A DNA stretch of 64,000 nt, from positions 27,807 through 91,806 of the IMG/VR virus record IMGVR_UViG_3300031957_001651. The stretch is one strand, 5' to 3'. A program made the translations under genes and the position numbers. The notes beneath the pieces were generated by a model. The model saw only the letters and a list, made by a program, of their open reading frames with translations, was not told the origin of the DNA and ran no database searches. Positions 47,655-56,732 of the stretch are shown one piece after another. Each line of letters starts with the position of its first letter. Positions within the stretch are counted from its first letter, which is position 1. This DNA comes from a virus.

Positions 47655-48701
47655 ATGAAAGTTGGTATTATTGGTCTAGGTAGAATGGGTGAGGGTATGT
47701 CTCGCCGTATGATTAAAGCAGGCATTGAAGTTTGGGGTTATAGAAATAACTACGAGAAAGCATGTGAACAATACGAAGCAGGATATATCAGTGGGTGTGT
47801 AACTTCACTAGAGTATCTTGTACAAGCAGTTAAATCTGATGGTAAGCAATTCACTAGTGCTGGTAAAATTCCTGGCATCTTCCAACTTGTTATTCCTGCC
47901 GAATTAGTAGAGGAAACTATTAATGAATTATTACCATTTCTTAGTGATGGAGATATTATTATTGATCATGGCAATTCCAATTTTAAGGATTCAAGGAGGA
48001 GAGCACTCTACCTTGAGAAATTGGGCATCCAGTATATTGACTGTGGTACTAGTGGTGGTGTTTATGGTTTGGATCGTGGATTCTGTCTTATGGTTGGTGG
48101 TTCAACTACTGCAGTATCCGTCTGCTCTCCAATCTTTAATGCACTCAGTCCAGGTGTTGCCGCAGCTCTCAGAACAAATTCTGATGATTTCTTAAGACAG
48201 TCTGAAATGGGTTGGATGCATTGTGGTAATCCTGGAGCAGGACATTTTGTGAAGATGGTTCATAACGGTATTGAATATGGAATCATGCAAGCATACGCAG
48301 AAGGGTTTAATATCCTGCATGAAGCTAATGCTGGGGCAGTTTATGTTAAAGAGGGTGATGCTGAGGTGGCTCCGATGGAGAATCCAGAAGATTATCAATA
48401 TGATATTAACTGTGCTGAGGTTGCTGAGCTTTGGCGTAGGGGTAGCGTTGTTGGTAGTTGGTTACTCGATCTTACCGCTGATGTACTTAGCAGGGATCGA
48501 GAACTTAGCAAATTCGATGGGGGAGTATCAGACAGTGGTGAGGGTCGTTGGACGGTTCACGCTGCTGTGGATCTTGGTGTACCCGCTCCTGTCATCAGTA
48601 GTGCTTTGTTTGCGAGATTTGAGTCTCGCCGTTTGGGTGCTTTCACTGCCAAGGTTCTGAATGGTATGCGAGCAATGTTTGGAGGACACGATGTTCGATA
48701 G
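47655..48701 (+). CDS. gnd: 6-phosphogluconate dehydrogenase (short form)
   Basis: GLGRMG, IDHGNS, DCGTSGG, GHFVKMVHNGIEY, DSGEGRWT. Confidence 0.96.
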   Translation: MKVGIIGLGRMGEGMSRRMIKAGIEVWGYRNNYEKACEQYEAGYISGCVTSLEYLVQAVKSDGKQFTSAGKIPGIFQLVIPAELVEETINELLPFLSDGDIIIDHGNSNFKDSRRRALYLEKLGIQYIDCGTSGGVYGLDRGFCLMVGGSTTAVSVCSPIFNALSPGVAAALRTNSDDFLRQSEMGWMHCGNPGAGHFVKMVHNGIEYGIMQAYAEGFNILHEANAGAVYVKEGDAEVAPMENPEDYQYDINCAEVAELWRRGSVVGSWLLDLTADVLSRDRELSKFDGGVSDSGEGRWTVHAAVDLGVPAPVISSALFARFESRRLGAFTAKVLNGMRAMFGGHDVR

Positions 48702-48867
48702 TCCAGAAGCACCAACAGATGAATTAGTTGATAAATGGGGGTTTACAATTAAACCATCTATTAGTGATGATGAATTGATTCTTCGATGTTTAAGGAATGC
48801 TCCATGTGGATCTGATAAAAAACAGGCAATGAAGTTAATTAAAATCTACGAGGAAAAAATTCAATGA
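48691..48867 (+). CDS. Hypothetical protein
   Basis: RBS GGAGG; DKWGFTIKP..CLRNAPCG. Confidence 0.65.
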   Translation: MFDSPEAPTDELVDKWGFTIKPSISDDELILRCLRNAPCGSDKKQAMKLIKIYEEKIQ

Positions 48868-48995
48868 CTTTAGCACATGTCCTACTTTTCGGATCACTAC
48901 CCTTTATATGTGCCACCGCATATTTCGGGTACAGAAAAGGTGAAAATAACTATTATGAAACCGACGCCTACACAGGAAATGGAACAGCGCATTAG
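48864..48995 (+). CDS. Small membrane peptide (43 aa)
   Basis: MTLAHVLLFGSLPFICATAYFG..NYYETDAY; ATGA overlap. Confidence 0.6.
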   Translation: MTLAHVLLFGSLPFICATAYFGYRKGENNYYETDAYTGNGTAH

Positions 48996-49185
48996 AATGA
49001 GGTTTGCGTTTGCCATGTCTTCTTTTGGTAGAATGTTTAAACCATCTGGTATCACTATAGAAATGAGAGATATATGTAGAGAGTGGTCTGAAGATGTTGA
49101 TGAAGTACCACCAAGAACAGATTTATATCAGGTGGACCGTTACTTTCTGGATCTTTGGAAAGGTAGAAACGAGTTAACCCAATGA
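48979..49185 (+). CDS. Hypothetical protein
   Basis: RBS AGGA; MEQRIRMRFAFAMSSFGRMF. Confidence 0.65.
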   Translation: MEQRIRMRFAFAMSSFGRMFKPSGITIEMRDICREWSEDVDEVPPRTDLYQVDRYFLDLWKGRNELTQ

Positions 49186-49271
49186 CGAATATTATTTTTG
49201 CTGGACTACTTTTAATATGTTGTGTACTATTAGGTATTTGCTGGAGTTTAGGATATGCATATTCAATCTGA
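49182..49271 (+). CDS. Small membrane peptide (29 aa)
   Basis: ATGA overlap; hydrophobic. Confidence 0.5.
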   Translation: MTNIIFAGLLLICCVLLGICWSLGYAYSI

Positions 49272-49341
49272 ATTTGTGATCATTGGTATCTATTGCTTCT
49301 TTGGATTATTTTTATTCATCCTATCAATCATATCAGAATAA
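49255..49341 (+). CDS. Small membrane peptide (28 aa)
   Basis: TAATG coupling to next ORF; hydrophobic. Confidence 0.45.
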   Translation: MHIQSEFVIIGIYCFFGLFLFILSIISE

Positions 49342-49499
49342 TGCTATTAGAATTTGCTAGATTTTGTGGAAGGACATTAAACAATCCATATGCATGTGGA
49401 TTTATGGCATGGTGCCTAGTCTTCGTTCCCATTTTGGGTATGTGGGCAGTCCATAAATATGGATGGCAACATTGGGAACCTTTTAAAGATCATAAATGA
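49341..49499 (+). CDS. Small membrane protein
   Basis: LVFVPILGMWAVHKYGWQHWEPF. Confidence 0.65.
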   Translation: MLLEFARFCGRTLNNPYACGFMAWCLVFVPILGMWAVHKYGWQHWEPFKDHK

Positions 49500-49732
49500 C
49501 CAAATTAATTGAAAAGTGGGGTTTTGATATTGAACCACCAGACTATGTAACTAAATCTGAAGTACAGGAGATGATTGATGATGCCATACGAAAACATAAT
49601 CGTAATGCTTCGATTATTTCAATGTGTGTTGGTTGGGTTGTTCTCGCACTTTTTGCTGAGGGTCTCCTTCGACTCATTGGAGTAATTCCACCTTTGCTAC
49701 CATGGTTAAAAATTGATTTAGTGTGTTCATAA
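49496..49732 (+). CDS. Small membrane protein
   Basis: EMIDDAIRKHNRNASIISM plus TM. Confidence 0.7.
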   Translation: MTKLIEKWGFDIEPPDYVTKSEVQEMIDDAIRKHNRNASIISMCVGWVVLALFAEGLLRLIGVIPPLLPWLKIDLVCS

Positions 49733-49775
49733 ATATAGATTGCAGCACTATGAACTTTAAAACCTTTCCATAAAA

Positions 49776-49967
49776 ATGAATACGGAACCAGACTACATTG
49801 TAGATTTAAGAATAGAAGATATACGTCTCTTACATCATTGTGTAATAAAGAGAATAGAGATGTGGGAAGGATCTCCTGCTCGTCCACCAGAAGAACAAGA
49901 GCACCTATGGGTAATGAGAGATTCTCTCTATCGAATGATGTTAGATTATCAATTTAACGAACTATGA
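49776..49967 (+). CDS. Hypothetical protein
   Basis: WEGSPARPPEEQEHL. Confidence 0.7.
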   Translation: MNTEPDYIVDLRIEDIRLLHHCVIKRIEMWEGSPARPPEEQEHLWVMRDSLYRMMLDYQFNEL

Positions 49968-50173
49968 ATCCACTAATTTTAATCGGTTGCTTCACCCCAC
50001 TGGTTACAATTTTTATAGTAATGAAACTTGCCGTGTGGGTATCTGCAGTTAATACAGAAAACTCTTATGTCGGAAAAGAACCCTTTAGAAAACGAGGACC
50101 CTTCGTGGCAGATGCATATGCAGACGTTGATGAAGAGGAAGAGGAATATGGAGATCGCACAGATTATCGATGA
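49964..50173 (+). CDS. Small membrane protein
   Basis: N-terminal TM, acidic tail. Confidence 0.65.
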   Translation: MNPLILIGCFTPLVTIFIVMKLAVWVSAVNTENSYVGKEPFRKRGPFVADAYADVDEEEEEYGDRTDYR

Positions 50174-50294
50174 AGCGATTAACGAGTACTATTCGCTTCA
50201 TGGCAAACCTGTTCCAAACTGGAGATATATAAAGGACTCCGATTGGTGGATAGAATATTTAAAAAGTTTAGGAATGAATCCGAGGAACCCATGA
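50148..50294 (+). CDS. Small hypothetical protein
   Basis: RBS GAGGA; PVPNWRY..DWWIEYL. Confidence 0.6.
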   Translation: MEIAQIIDEAINEYYSLHGKPVPNWRYIKDSDWWIEYLKSLGMNPRNP

Positions 50295-50467
50295 ATTTTG
50301 AACTTACTATGGAGGATTATGCAATTATCCTCAATGCACTACACTACTATAAGAAAGTAGAGAAGAGAGGTAACTTTAAACAATATAATGAAGAACGTGT
50401 AAATAAGTTGAGAGATAAGATGGCATATCAACTAATACCATCTCCAAAGAGTGGTAATAGATTATGA
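50291..50467 (+). CDS. Small hypothetical protein
   Basis: ATGA overlap; IILNALHYYKK. Confidence 0.65.
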   Translation: MNFELTMEDYAIILNALHYYKKVEKRGNFKQYNEERVNKLRDKMAYQLIPSPKSGNRL

Positions 50468-50541
50468 GTGCTGTATTTGTATTTGGATTTGTTTTACTAC
50501 TAACGATAGGAATGGAACTTACTTGGCCTGTTAAGAAATGA
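50464..50541 (+). CDS. Small membrane peptide (25 aa)
   Basis: ATGA overlaps on both sides. Confidence 0.5.
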   Translation: MSAVFVFGFVLLLTIGMELTWPVKK

Positions 50542-50735
50542 ATTTATTATTGCGTCCTCTCGATAACGTTACCGACCCTGTGTGGTCAGTGATCTTTATG
50601 GTATTCCTTGCTGTCGCAGGAGCATTCTATTGTATCTACTATATACTAGGAATAGCATTTGCAGAGTTAGAAGATGGGAGCAATGACACCACCGAGCAGG
50701 AAGAGCTGCTACAACTTCCGAGTGACGGAGATTAA
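50538..50735 (+). CDS. Small membrane protein
   Basis: DPVWSVI plus TM. Confidence 0.6.
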   Translation: MNLLLRPLDNVTDPVWSVIFMVFLAVAGAFYCIYYILGIAFAELEDGSNDTTEQEELLQLPSDGD

Positions 50736-51135
50736 TCGTGTTCTTGATGGTGACACTATTGACGTTACAATTGATCTCGGGTTTGATCTATACAAGAAAG
50801 AAAGAGTTAGAGTTGCAGGAGTTGATACGCCAGAGAAAAGGACGAAGAACTTAGAGGAGAAAGCACTTGGAATCGACGCAACAAACTGGCTCAAAGAGAA
50901 ACTCGAAGGCACGTTGGCTGGTGATGATGAGTTGTCTGTTAGGACTGAACTTGTTGGTGGCACTGGGAAATACGGGCGTCTTCTGGGTTGGCTTTACATT
51001 GGGGACGACAGTGTGTCCCTTAACGAGCAAATGATTGAAGAAGGATATGCACATGCATACGATGGTGGCACCAAGGATATGAATTTAGAAGCACTTCGTG
51101 AAATTCGTAGAGCACATGGGACACTTGTGGAATGA
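50674..51135 (+). CDS. Thermonuclease (SNase)-like nuclease
   Basis: VLDGDTI, RVAGVDTPE, KYGRLL, LNEQMIEEGYA. Confidence 0.88.
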   Translation: MGAMTPPSRKSCYNFRVTEINRVLDGDTIDVTIDLGFDLYKKERVRVAGVDTPEKRTKNLEEKALGIDATNWLKEKLEGTLAGDDELSVRTELVGGTGKYGRLLGWLYIGDDSVSLNEQMIEEGYAHAYDGGTKDMNLEALREIRRAHGTLVE

Positions 51136-51869
51136 GAGTATTAAGTATTGACTTGGATTATTGTATGTCAGATGAATGCGATGAGTATGAATCTGATTTT
51201 GACTCTGATAATCCTTTTGCAAAGTGGGATGTATGGTCTCAAGAAACTGGTATGTGTGACGGTGAGATTCCGATAAAACCTGCTAGAGTTTTAGAGTGTC
51301 TAGATATTTTTAAAGAAGCACTGAAGTATTGTGATGACGTTGAATTTGGATATGAGCACGATGCTATTTTATACAGATTAGAATCTGAGTATGATATTGA
51401 TATCATTAACTATGATCATCATAGTGATGTCTTGAATGGTGGTGGATTTGAAGGAGTAACCCAGGAATATGAATATAAAACCTTGAAAGATTTTGATAAT
51501 GTTTGTGAGGGTAATTGGGTTGGTTGGTTGGATGCAAAAAATAAATTAAGAAACTATACTTGGGTCAATGATAGAGAAGAAGGTTTTGATTCAACTGAAC
51601 CAGTAGAAGCATTTAGAAGGGAACTTTTGGGAGAGAGATATGAGAATATCTATCATGAAGATTTTAAATTAGATAGTTATAAATTTGATTACATTTTTAT
51701 ATGCCTATCTCCTTCATATATCCCAAAATCTCATTGGAAATATTTTAAAGTATTCATGAATGAGTATAAATTTACTAAACTAAAACAACCCAAGATGATT
51801 ACTAGAAAGTTTGAAATTGATGCTAGATATAGACTTTTGAATAAATACTTAGACACATGTAATAGGTAA
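51132..51869 (+). CDS. Hypothetical protein, arginase/deacetylase-fold-like metal site
   Basis: LSIDLDY, EHD, INYDHHSD, ICLSPSY. Confidence 0.5.
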   Translation: MRVLSIDLDYCMSDECDEYESDFDSDNPFAKWDVWSQETGMCDGEIPIKPARVLECLDIFKEALKYCDDVEFGYEHDAILYRLESEYDIDIINYDHHSDVLNGGGFEGVTQEYEYKTLKDFDNVCEGNWVGWLDAKNKLRNYTWVNDREEGFDSTEPVEAFRRELLGERYENIYHEDFKLDSYKFDYIFICLSPSYIPKSHWKYFKVFMNEYKFTKLKQPKMITRKFEIDARYRLLNKYLDTCNR

Positions 51870-52094
51870 ATGCAAAAAGTAATTAATGTTATTGCTCTCC
51901 TTTCTGGATTGACATCACTTGCGGTCATTAGTGGAAGTGCTTATATTCTTATAAACCAAGAAGAATGGAAAGAGCAAGCACAAGAGAAACTTGCTGAAGT
52001 AATTGCTGAGGGTATTACTGGTGCTCTTCCTGGTCTGATGGAAGGTTCTATGCCCGAATTGCCTACGACTACAGGTCCCGAATTACCATTTTAA
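51870..52094 (+). CDS. Small membrane-anchored protein
   Basis: N-terminal TM; AATAAATA at 51840. Confidence 0.7.
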   Translation: MQKVINVIALLSGLTSLAVISGSAYILINQEEWKEQAQEKLAEVIAEGITGALPGLMEGSMPELPTTTGPELPF

Positions 52095-52096
52095 TC

Positions 52097-52723
52097 ATGA
52101 TAAATTCTAAGAAATCGACCGAGCAAGTTACCGAGCATGTACAGAGCAAGTCACCAGTCAAAGTGATTGCTCTTGCTTTAGGATCTGCATTTGCTTTAGC
52201 ACATTTAGGTTTACTTGGTTATGTAATTAACAGACCAGAAGAACCAAAACTTCCTCAAGTTCCTACTATTAACATTCCTAGGGGAGATTATTCTTCCTAT
52301 ACAATTAAAGCAGGTAAGGATGGATATGAAATTGAGTATCGTGCAAATGATCCTGCTATCTTAGAATCACAGAGGTCATTATCTTCTGATAGTACCAAGA
52401 AAGGATTCTTCGGTGGTGGTAGTGAGAGTCGTCGTGAATGGAGACGTGACCAGTTCACTATGGATGGCACTAGAAATCTAGGAGGTGCCACATTAGATGG
52501 CGAGGGAAAGTCTGCAAAAGACATCGAGTGTATCGTGGCGGACGCTGGAGCACGGACACAAGGTGCCATGGCAGGTAGTGCTATTGCTGCTGGAGTTGCT
52601 GTTCCTGCCCTTGCTAGTATTCCATATGTCGGATGGTTAGCAGGTGGATGGGCACTATTGCTAGGACAAAAAGCAGGATCGTCACTTGGTTCTCAAGTTG
52701 GGTCAGTATTTAATGACTGTTAA
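52097..52723 (+). CDS. Membrane protein with C-terminal glycine-zipper-like helices
   Basis: N-terminal TM; GAMAGSAIAAG..GWLAGGW..GSSLGSQVG. Confidence 0.7.
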   Translation: MINSKKSTEQVTEHVQSKSPVKVIALALGSAFALAHLGLLGYVINRPEEPKLPQVPTINIPRGDYSSYTIKAGKDGYEIEYRANDPAILESQRSLSSDSTKKGFFGGGSESRREWRRDQFTMDGTRNLGGATLDGEGKSAKDIECIVADAGARTQGAMAGSAIAAGVAVPALASIPYVGWLAGGWALLLGQKAGSSLGSQVGSVFNDC

Positions 52724-52778
52724 ACTGAGAATTGTATGAAAATTGTTAAATAGGTATAGTTATTATACTAAATTAATT

Positions 52779-52898
52779 ATGTCTACATCATCAACACCTT
52801 ATAAGAAGCAACAAAAGAAAGAAGCAACTGAAACATTTTTCCTGTATGTATTCTTTCATTCTATTTTGACAGGAATTTTTAAAATATTTGAAGACTAA
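52779..52898 (+). CDS. Small hypothetical protein (39 aa)
   Basis: TAATG coupling to 52898. Confidence 0.55.
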   Translation: MSTSSTPYKKQQKKEATETFFLYVFFHSILTGIFKIFED

Positions 52899-53707
52899 TG
52901 CCTGAGATACCCATCATTACAGGTGGTGATATTAGTATTAAAGATATTCAAATTAATACTATACCCACCTATGACTTTAATAACACTTCAACATCTATAC
53001 CACTAGCAGCTCCAGTAGTTGTAAACATTGGTGTGCCTGTGGTTAACATTCCAGGATGTGTTGAGGCGACTGAAACTAATAGTGCTAAAAATAATCAATT
53101 AAGAGAGGACGATCCTAATGGTGTGGTTACGTTTTGCGATTCTGGTGTTCCCAATTTTAATCCTCTTTCTTTTGAACCAAACCAGATGATTAGGACTGGT
53201 CCACCAAAAGTGGATACTAGATCACCAGATACACCAACACCACCTGAAGTTAAACCACCACAAACAAAACAACCTGTTGTTAGTGCTGTAGTAGAATGTC
53301 CTACACCAGTGCAAAAGGCACAAGAACCTGTAGGAACAGTAGTAGAAGGATTAAGAAAGAAAGTTACTCGTTACGAACTCATTGATACTACATGTGTTCA
53401 GATAACAGAACCAGTAGCACTTCCTACACAAATACTTGCTGGTCTACCTAGTGGTGGACAGGTAATGCAGGTGGGTGGTATTGCTGTCATTGCTACATCA
53501 TCAGCACTATTAGCAAAACCGCTGGCAGACATACTATTGAAAGCAGTCAAACCAGCGGTTAAGAAAGTTATGAAAAAGATTGCTAAAATAAGAGGAAAGA
53601 AACCTCCTATCTTGTCGTCAGGGGAGCGCCGAGCAGAGCAGCGTCAGATGAATCATGCAGTGAAGGCATTGCGTTCTGTGTTTCCGAGACGGAAGAAGAA
53701 ACCTTAG
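52898..53707 (+). CDS. Pro-rich protein with paired Cys and C-terminal TM/basic tail
   Basis: PGCVEA..FCD; ECP..TCV; hydrophobic then K/R-rich end. Confidence 0.7.
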   Translation: MPEIPIITGGDISIKDIQINTIPTYDFNNTSTSIPLAAPVVVNIGVPVVNIPGCVEATETNSAKNNQLREDDPNGVVTFCDSGVPNFNPLSFEPNQMIRTGPPKVDTRSPDTPTPPEVKPPQTKQPVVSAVVECPTPVQKAQEPVGTVVEGLRKKVTRYELIDTTCVQITEPVALPTQILAGLPSGGQVMQVGGIAVIATSSALLAKPLADILLKAVKPAVKKVMKKIAKIRGKKPPILSSGERRAEQRQMNHAVKALRSVFPRRKKKP

Positions 53708-54518
53708 GAATCTCATGATAGTGTGGATGCTTATGTCCTGGTGGATTGTTTACCACAACATCAGCACACACTTTATAGTAAGGACTCTTAGGGTGGAATT
53801 GAATTCCTTTTAATTTTAACTCACCACAATTTTTAAGTCTGGCTATCTCAAAGTCTAATCTTTTATTGGCAACTAACTGACTAGTCAATTCAATCTGTGT
53901 AGTTGCTGCTTGTTTACAGAGATCTTGTAATTTTTTATCTGTAGGTGTGCTCCATGTCATAGAGAAACCTAAACCCAAACTATAGTTATCTTTCTGTCCT
54001 GTTCTAGTTTTTTTAGTGAACAAGACATCACCAGGATTATCTAAGATGCCATCTCCAATTGGATTCCCGTCACCATCAAAGGCACCAAAGTTATCGGTAA
54101 CATCATATACTGGGTCGTCATAATAATCTTCGTATGGTTTAGAAGCAGATACACTTCCTGTTACATACGGTGTGAAATTGCGAGTGGGACCCTGACACTG
54201 TATACCACCTCCGTATGTGTTTGTAATGTATGGTCCCTGAAGGACTTGTATAGCCTGGTTTGTAACGGAGCCTGAAGAGTTAGCAACAGGATTAGCAGTA
54301 GCAGACACACCACCAACAGTTTCAGCATAAGAAGGATTAGCAAATAATAATGTTATTGAGAGAAGATACTTGTTGTATCGGTGAAACTTTCGACCTCGGT
54401 CACTCTTTGGATAATTGTTTGATTGCTTAAACCAGGTCCTCGATAAGTTTCTGTAAACTGAAATGCTGCTCCTGGTACTGTTTGTGTGAATTGAGGTTTG
54501 CTTGTTACTCCCGTCCAT
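53607..54518 (-). CDS. Secreted/outer-membrane-like hypothetical protein (start uncertain)
   Basis: Signal-like KYLLSITLLFANPSYA; CQGPT; LKNCGEL..VCADV. Confidence 0.7.
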   Translation of the reverse strand: MDGSNKQTSIHTNSTRSSISVYRNLSRTWFKQSNNYPKSDRGRKFHRYNKYLLSITLLFANPSYAETVGGVSATANPVANSSGSVTNQAIQVLQGPYITNTYGGGIQCQGPTRNFTPYVTGSVSASKPYEDYYDDPVYDVTDNFGAFDGDGNPIGDGILDNPGDVLFTKKTRTGQKDNYSLGLGFSMTWSTPTDKKLQDLCKQAATTQIELTSQLVANKRLDFEIARLKNCGELKLKGIQFHPKSPYYKVCADVVVNNPPGHKHPHYHEIPKVSSSVSETQNAMPSLHDSSDAALLGAPLTTR

Positions 54519-54820
54519 GATGAAGTCACTCCATTAATAGTTACATTTGTAGCACCTGTTCCTGGTGAAAGGTTTCCAGATGCTGATACACCAGAACCAG
54601 TAGCAGAATACTGGTATCCAGTGTTATAATCCATCGAATTGATAGTCTCTGTTATCTTTTGTGTTGTCTCAGTCCTGCTCGTCATTGAGCCCTGTGTGAA
54701 GTTTGGGACCACTGGAACTGCTTTTGCTTGCCCAAAAGACATCACAATGAGAACAACAACGGCAAAAAGAGGTGCCTTTACAATTTGAGCAACGACATCC
54801 TCTTTGATTAGGAAATCCAT
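54353..54820 (-). CDS. Secreted beta-rich hypothetical protein
   Basis: Signal ..QAKA-VPVVPNF; T/S/G-rich. Confidence 0.75.
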   Translation of the reverse strand: MDFLIKEDVVAQIVKAPLFAVVVLIVMSFGQAKAVPVVPNFTQGSMTSRTETTQKITETINSMDYNTGYQYSATGSGVSASGNLSPGTGATNVTINGVTSSWTGVTSKPQFTQTVPGAAFQFTETYRGPGLSNQTIIQRVTEVESFTDTTSIFSQ

Positions 54821-54835
54821 AATTAAGATTCTCCA

Positions 54836-55330
54836 TTAGTCTATTATAGTGATCTCAGAGACGAATTGTCCTGTTGCACTACTGCCAGCTCCACCAGCCG
54901 TCACGGTAAGAAGACCTGCAGAAGTTACAGTACCTGCTAGAGTTCCAGCAGTTCCAGCAGTGTAAGAAGTTACATTACTGAAGTTAGGTACTGCACCTAC
55001 AGTAGGAGCAGCAGCTGGGACTGCATCACCTTGAGTATATGACTGACTGAATGAGAAAGCAGATTCTGCAGTTCCTTGGACTGCTTCAATAGTACCAGGA
55101 GAATAAATTCCACTAGTAATGGTGCCAGTAGAAACAGCATCTGCAGTGGTGCCGTCAGTAGTACCAATGTTTGTTCCCGAGATACTAAATGAGGAACCAA
55201 TTCTTGTTGCTTGTGTCCGAGCAGCATCAACAGTAAGTTGTACACTGGAAGAATGTTTTGATACAAGTCCGCCTGCATTTGCTGCACTTGCGGCCATCAG
55301 TAACATAATGATAGGAAGGAATCTCTTCAT
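54836..55330 (-). CDS. Secreted beta-rich hypothetical protein
   Basis: Signal MKRFLPIIMLLMAASAANA; T/S/G/A-rich. Confidence 0.8.
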   Translation of the reverse strand: MKRFLPIIMLLMAASAANAGGLVSKHSSSVQLTVDAARTQATRIGSSFSISGTNIGTTDGTTADAVSTGTITSGIYSPGTIEAVQGTAESAFSFSQSYTQGDAVPAAAPTVGAVPNFSNVTSYTAGTAGTLAGTVTSAGLLTVTAGGAGSSATGQFVSEITIID

Positions 55331-55352
55331 ATTCGTTCTGATTAAGTAATTT

Positions 55353-55359
55353 TATTTAG
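55353..55359 (-). promoter_or_regulatory. Late promoter variant (CTAAATA) for the minus-strand operon
   Basis: TATTTAG on +, about 22 nt upstream of the 55330 ATG. Confidence 0.6.
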
Positions 55360-55373
55360 TCATGTAAGAGGGC

Positions 55374-55408
55374 TTGACAGAAAGCGGGGTTCACTGTTAT
55401 ACTAAATA
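55374..55408 (+). promoter_or_regulatory. psbA dual promoter: sigma70 (TTGACA-18-TATACT) overlapping late CTAAATA
   Basis: Direct reading. Confidence 0.75.
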
Positions 55409-55459
55409 AGTCAACAAGTTAAGAAATGTAAAGTTCTTTGCTTATTTCAACACACTCCT

Positions 55460-55556
55460 CAAACCAAGACCTATAGGGTGTCTAAACACGTCTTTAATAC
55501 CTGTATCTAAGGGTGATACAGGAATAGTAAAACCATCATTTCCCTGATGATCTTAC
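55460..55556 (+). ncRNA. Structured psbA 5' leader (PhotoRC-II-like RNA motif)
   Basis: AAGAC/GTCTT, CCTGTATC/GATACAGG and ATCA/TGAT stems; repeated AGGGTG; position upstream of phage psbA. Confidence 0.65.
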
Positions 55557-55571
55557 TTTTTTTCAATTACA

Positions 55572-56651
55572 ATGGCTACAACTCTTTCTAGACAACAATC
55601 TACCTCACCGTGGGAATCATTCTGCGAGTGGGTAACATCAACTAACAATCGTTTGTATGTTGGTTGGTTCGGTGTACTGATGATTCCTACGTTGCTTGCT
55701 GCAACTATCTGTTTCATCGTTGCTTTCGTAGCAGCACCTCCCGTCGATATTGACGGTATCCGTGAACCCGTTGCTGGTTCACTCATGTATGGTAACAACA
55801 TCATCTCTGGTGCAGTTGTTCCTTCTTCAAACGCAATCGGTCTACACTTCTACCCCATTTGGGAAGCAGCATCACTCGATGAGTGGCTTTACAATGGTGG
55901 TCCTTTCCAACTCGTAGTCTTCCACTTCCTTATCGGCATCTATGCATATATGGGACGTGAATGGGAACTTTCTTACCGTCTAGGTATGCGTCCATGGATC
56001 TGCGTAGCATACTCTGCACCTGTTGCAGCAGCATCTGCTGTATTCCTCGTCTATCCTTTCGGTCAAGGTTCATTCTCTGATGCGATGCCTTTGGGTATCA
56101 GTGGTACATTTAACTACATGCTTGTCTTCCAAGCAGAGCACAACATCTTGATGCATCCCTTCCACATGTTGGGTGTCGCAGGTGTTTTTGGTGGTTCACT
56201 GTTCAGTGCAATGCACGGTTCTTTGGTTACATCTTCACTCGTCCGTGAGACGACTGAAACTGAGTCACAGAACTATGGTTACAAGTTTGGTCAAGAAGAA
56301 GAGACCTATAACATCGTTGCTGCACACGGATACTTCGGTCGTTTGATCTTCCAATATGCTTCATTCAACAACTCACGTTCATTGCACTTCTTCCTTGCTG
56401 CATGGCCTGTTGTTGGTATCTGGTTCACCGCACTTGGTGTCTCCACGATGGCATTCAACCTCAACGGTTTCAACTTCAACCAGTCCATCATTGATGGTCA
56501 GGGTCGTGTCCTTAACACTTGGGCAGATGTATTGAACCGTGCTGGTCTTGGTATGGAAGTTATGCATGAGCGTAACGCACACAACTTCCCACTAGATCTT
56601 GCTGCTGCTGAGTCAACTCCTGTTGCACTTGTAGCACCTTCTGTTGGTTGA
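55572..56651 (+). CDS. psbA: Photosystem II D1 protein
   Basis: [36 protein letters not shown]. Confidence 0.99.
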   Translation: MATTLSRQQSTSPWESFCEWVTSTNNRLYVGWFGVLMIPTLLAATICFIVAFVAAPPVDIDGIREPVAGSLMYGNNIISGAVVPSSNAIGLHFYPIWEAASLDEWLYNGGPFQLVVFHFLIGIYAYMGREWELSYRLGMRPWICVAYSAPVAAASAVFLVYPFGQGSFSDAMPLGISGTFNYMLVFQAEHNILMHPFHMLGVAGVFGGSLFSAMHGSLVTSSLVRETTETESQNYGYKFGQEEETYNIVAAHGYFGRLIFQYASFNNSRSLHFFLAAWPVVGIWFTALGVSTMAFNLNGFNFNQSIIDGQGRVLNTWADVLNRAGLGMEVMHERNAHNFPLDLAAAESTPVALVAPSVG

Positions 56652-56688
56652 TACTAATTCCTAATTTGGAATAAATTAGGAGATACTT

Positions 56689-56714
56689 AGGACCCTTAGG
56701 GGTCCTTTCTTTTT
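56689..56714 (+). terminator. Rho-independent terminator after psbA
   Basis: AGGACCC/GGGTCCT plus T-rich tail; extra hairpin at 56659-56681. Confidence 0.8.
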
Positions 56715-56732
56715 CTCTTCGTATGTAAAGAT

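Noticed and set aside
48877-48978. N-terminal extension of the ORF ending at 49185
   Set aside because: It overlaps the better-coupled 48864-48995 peptide; ATG 48979 has an RBS.
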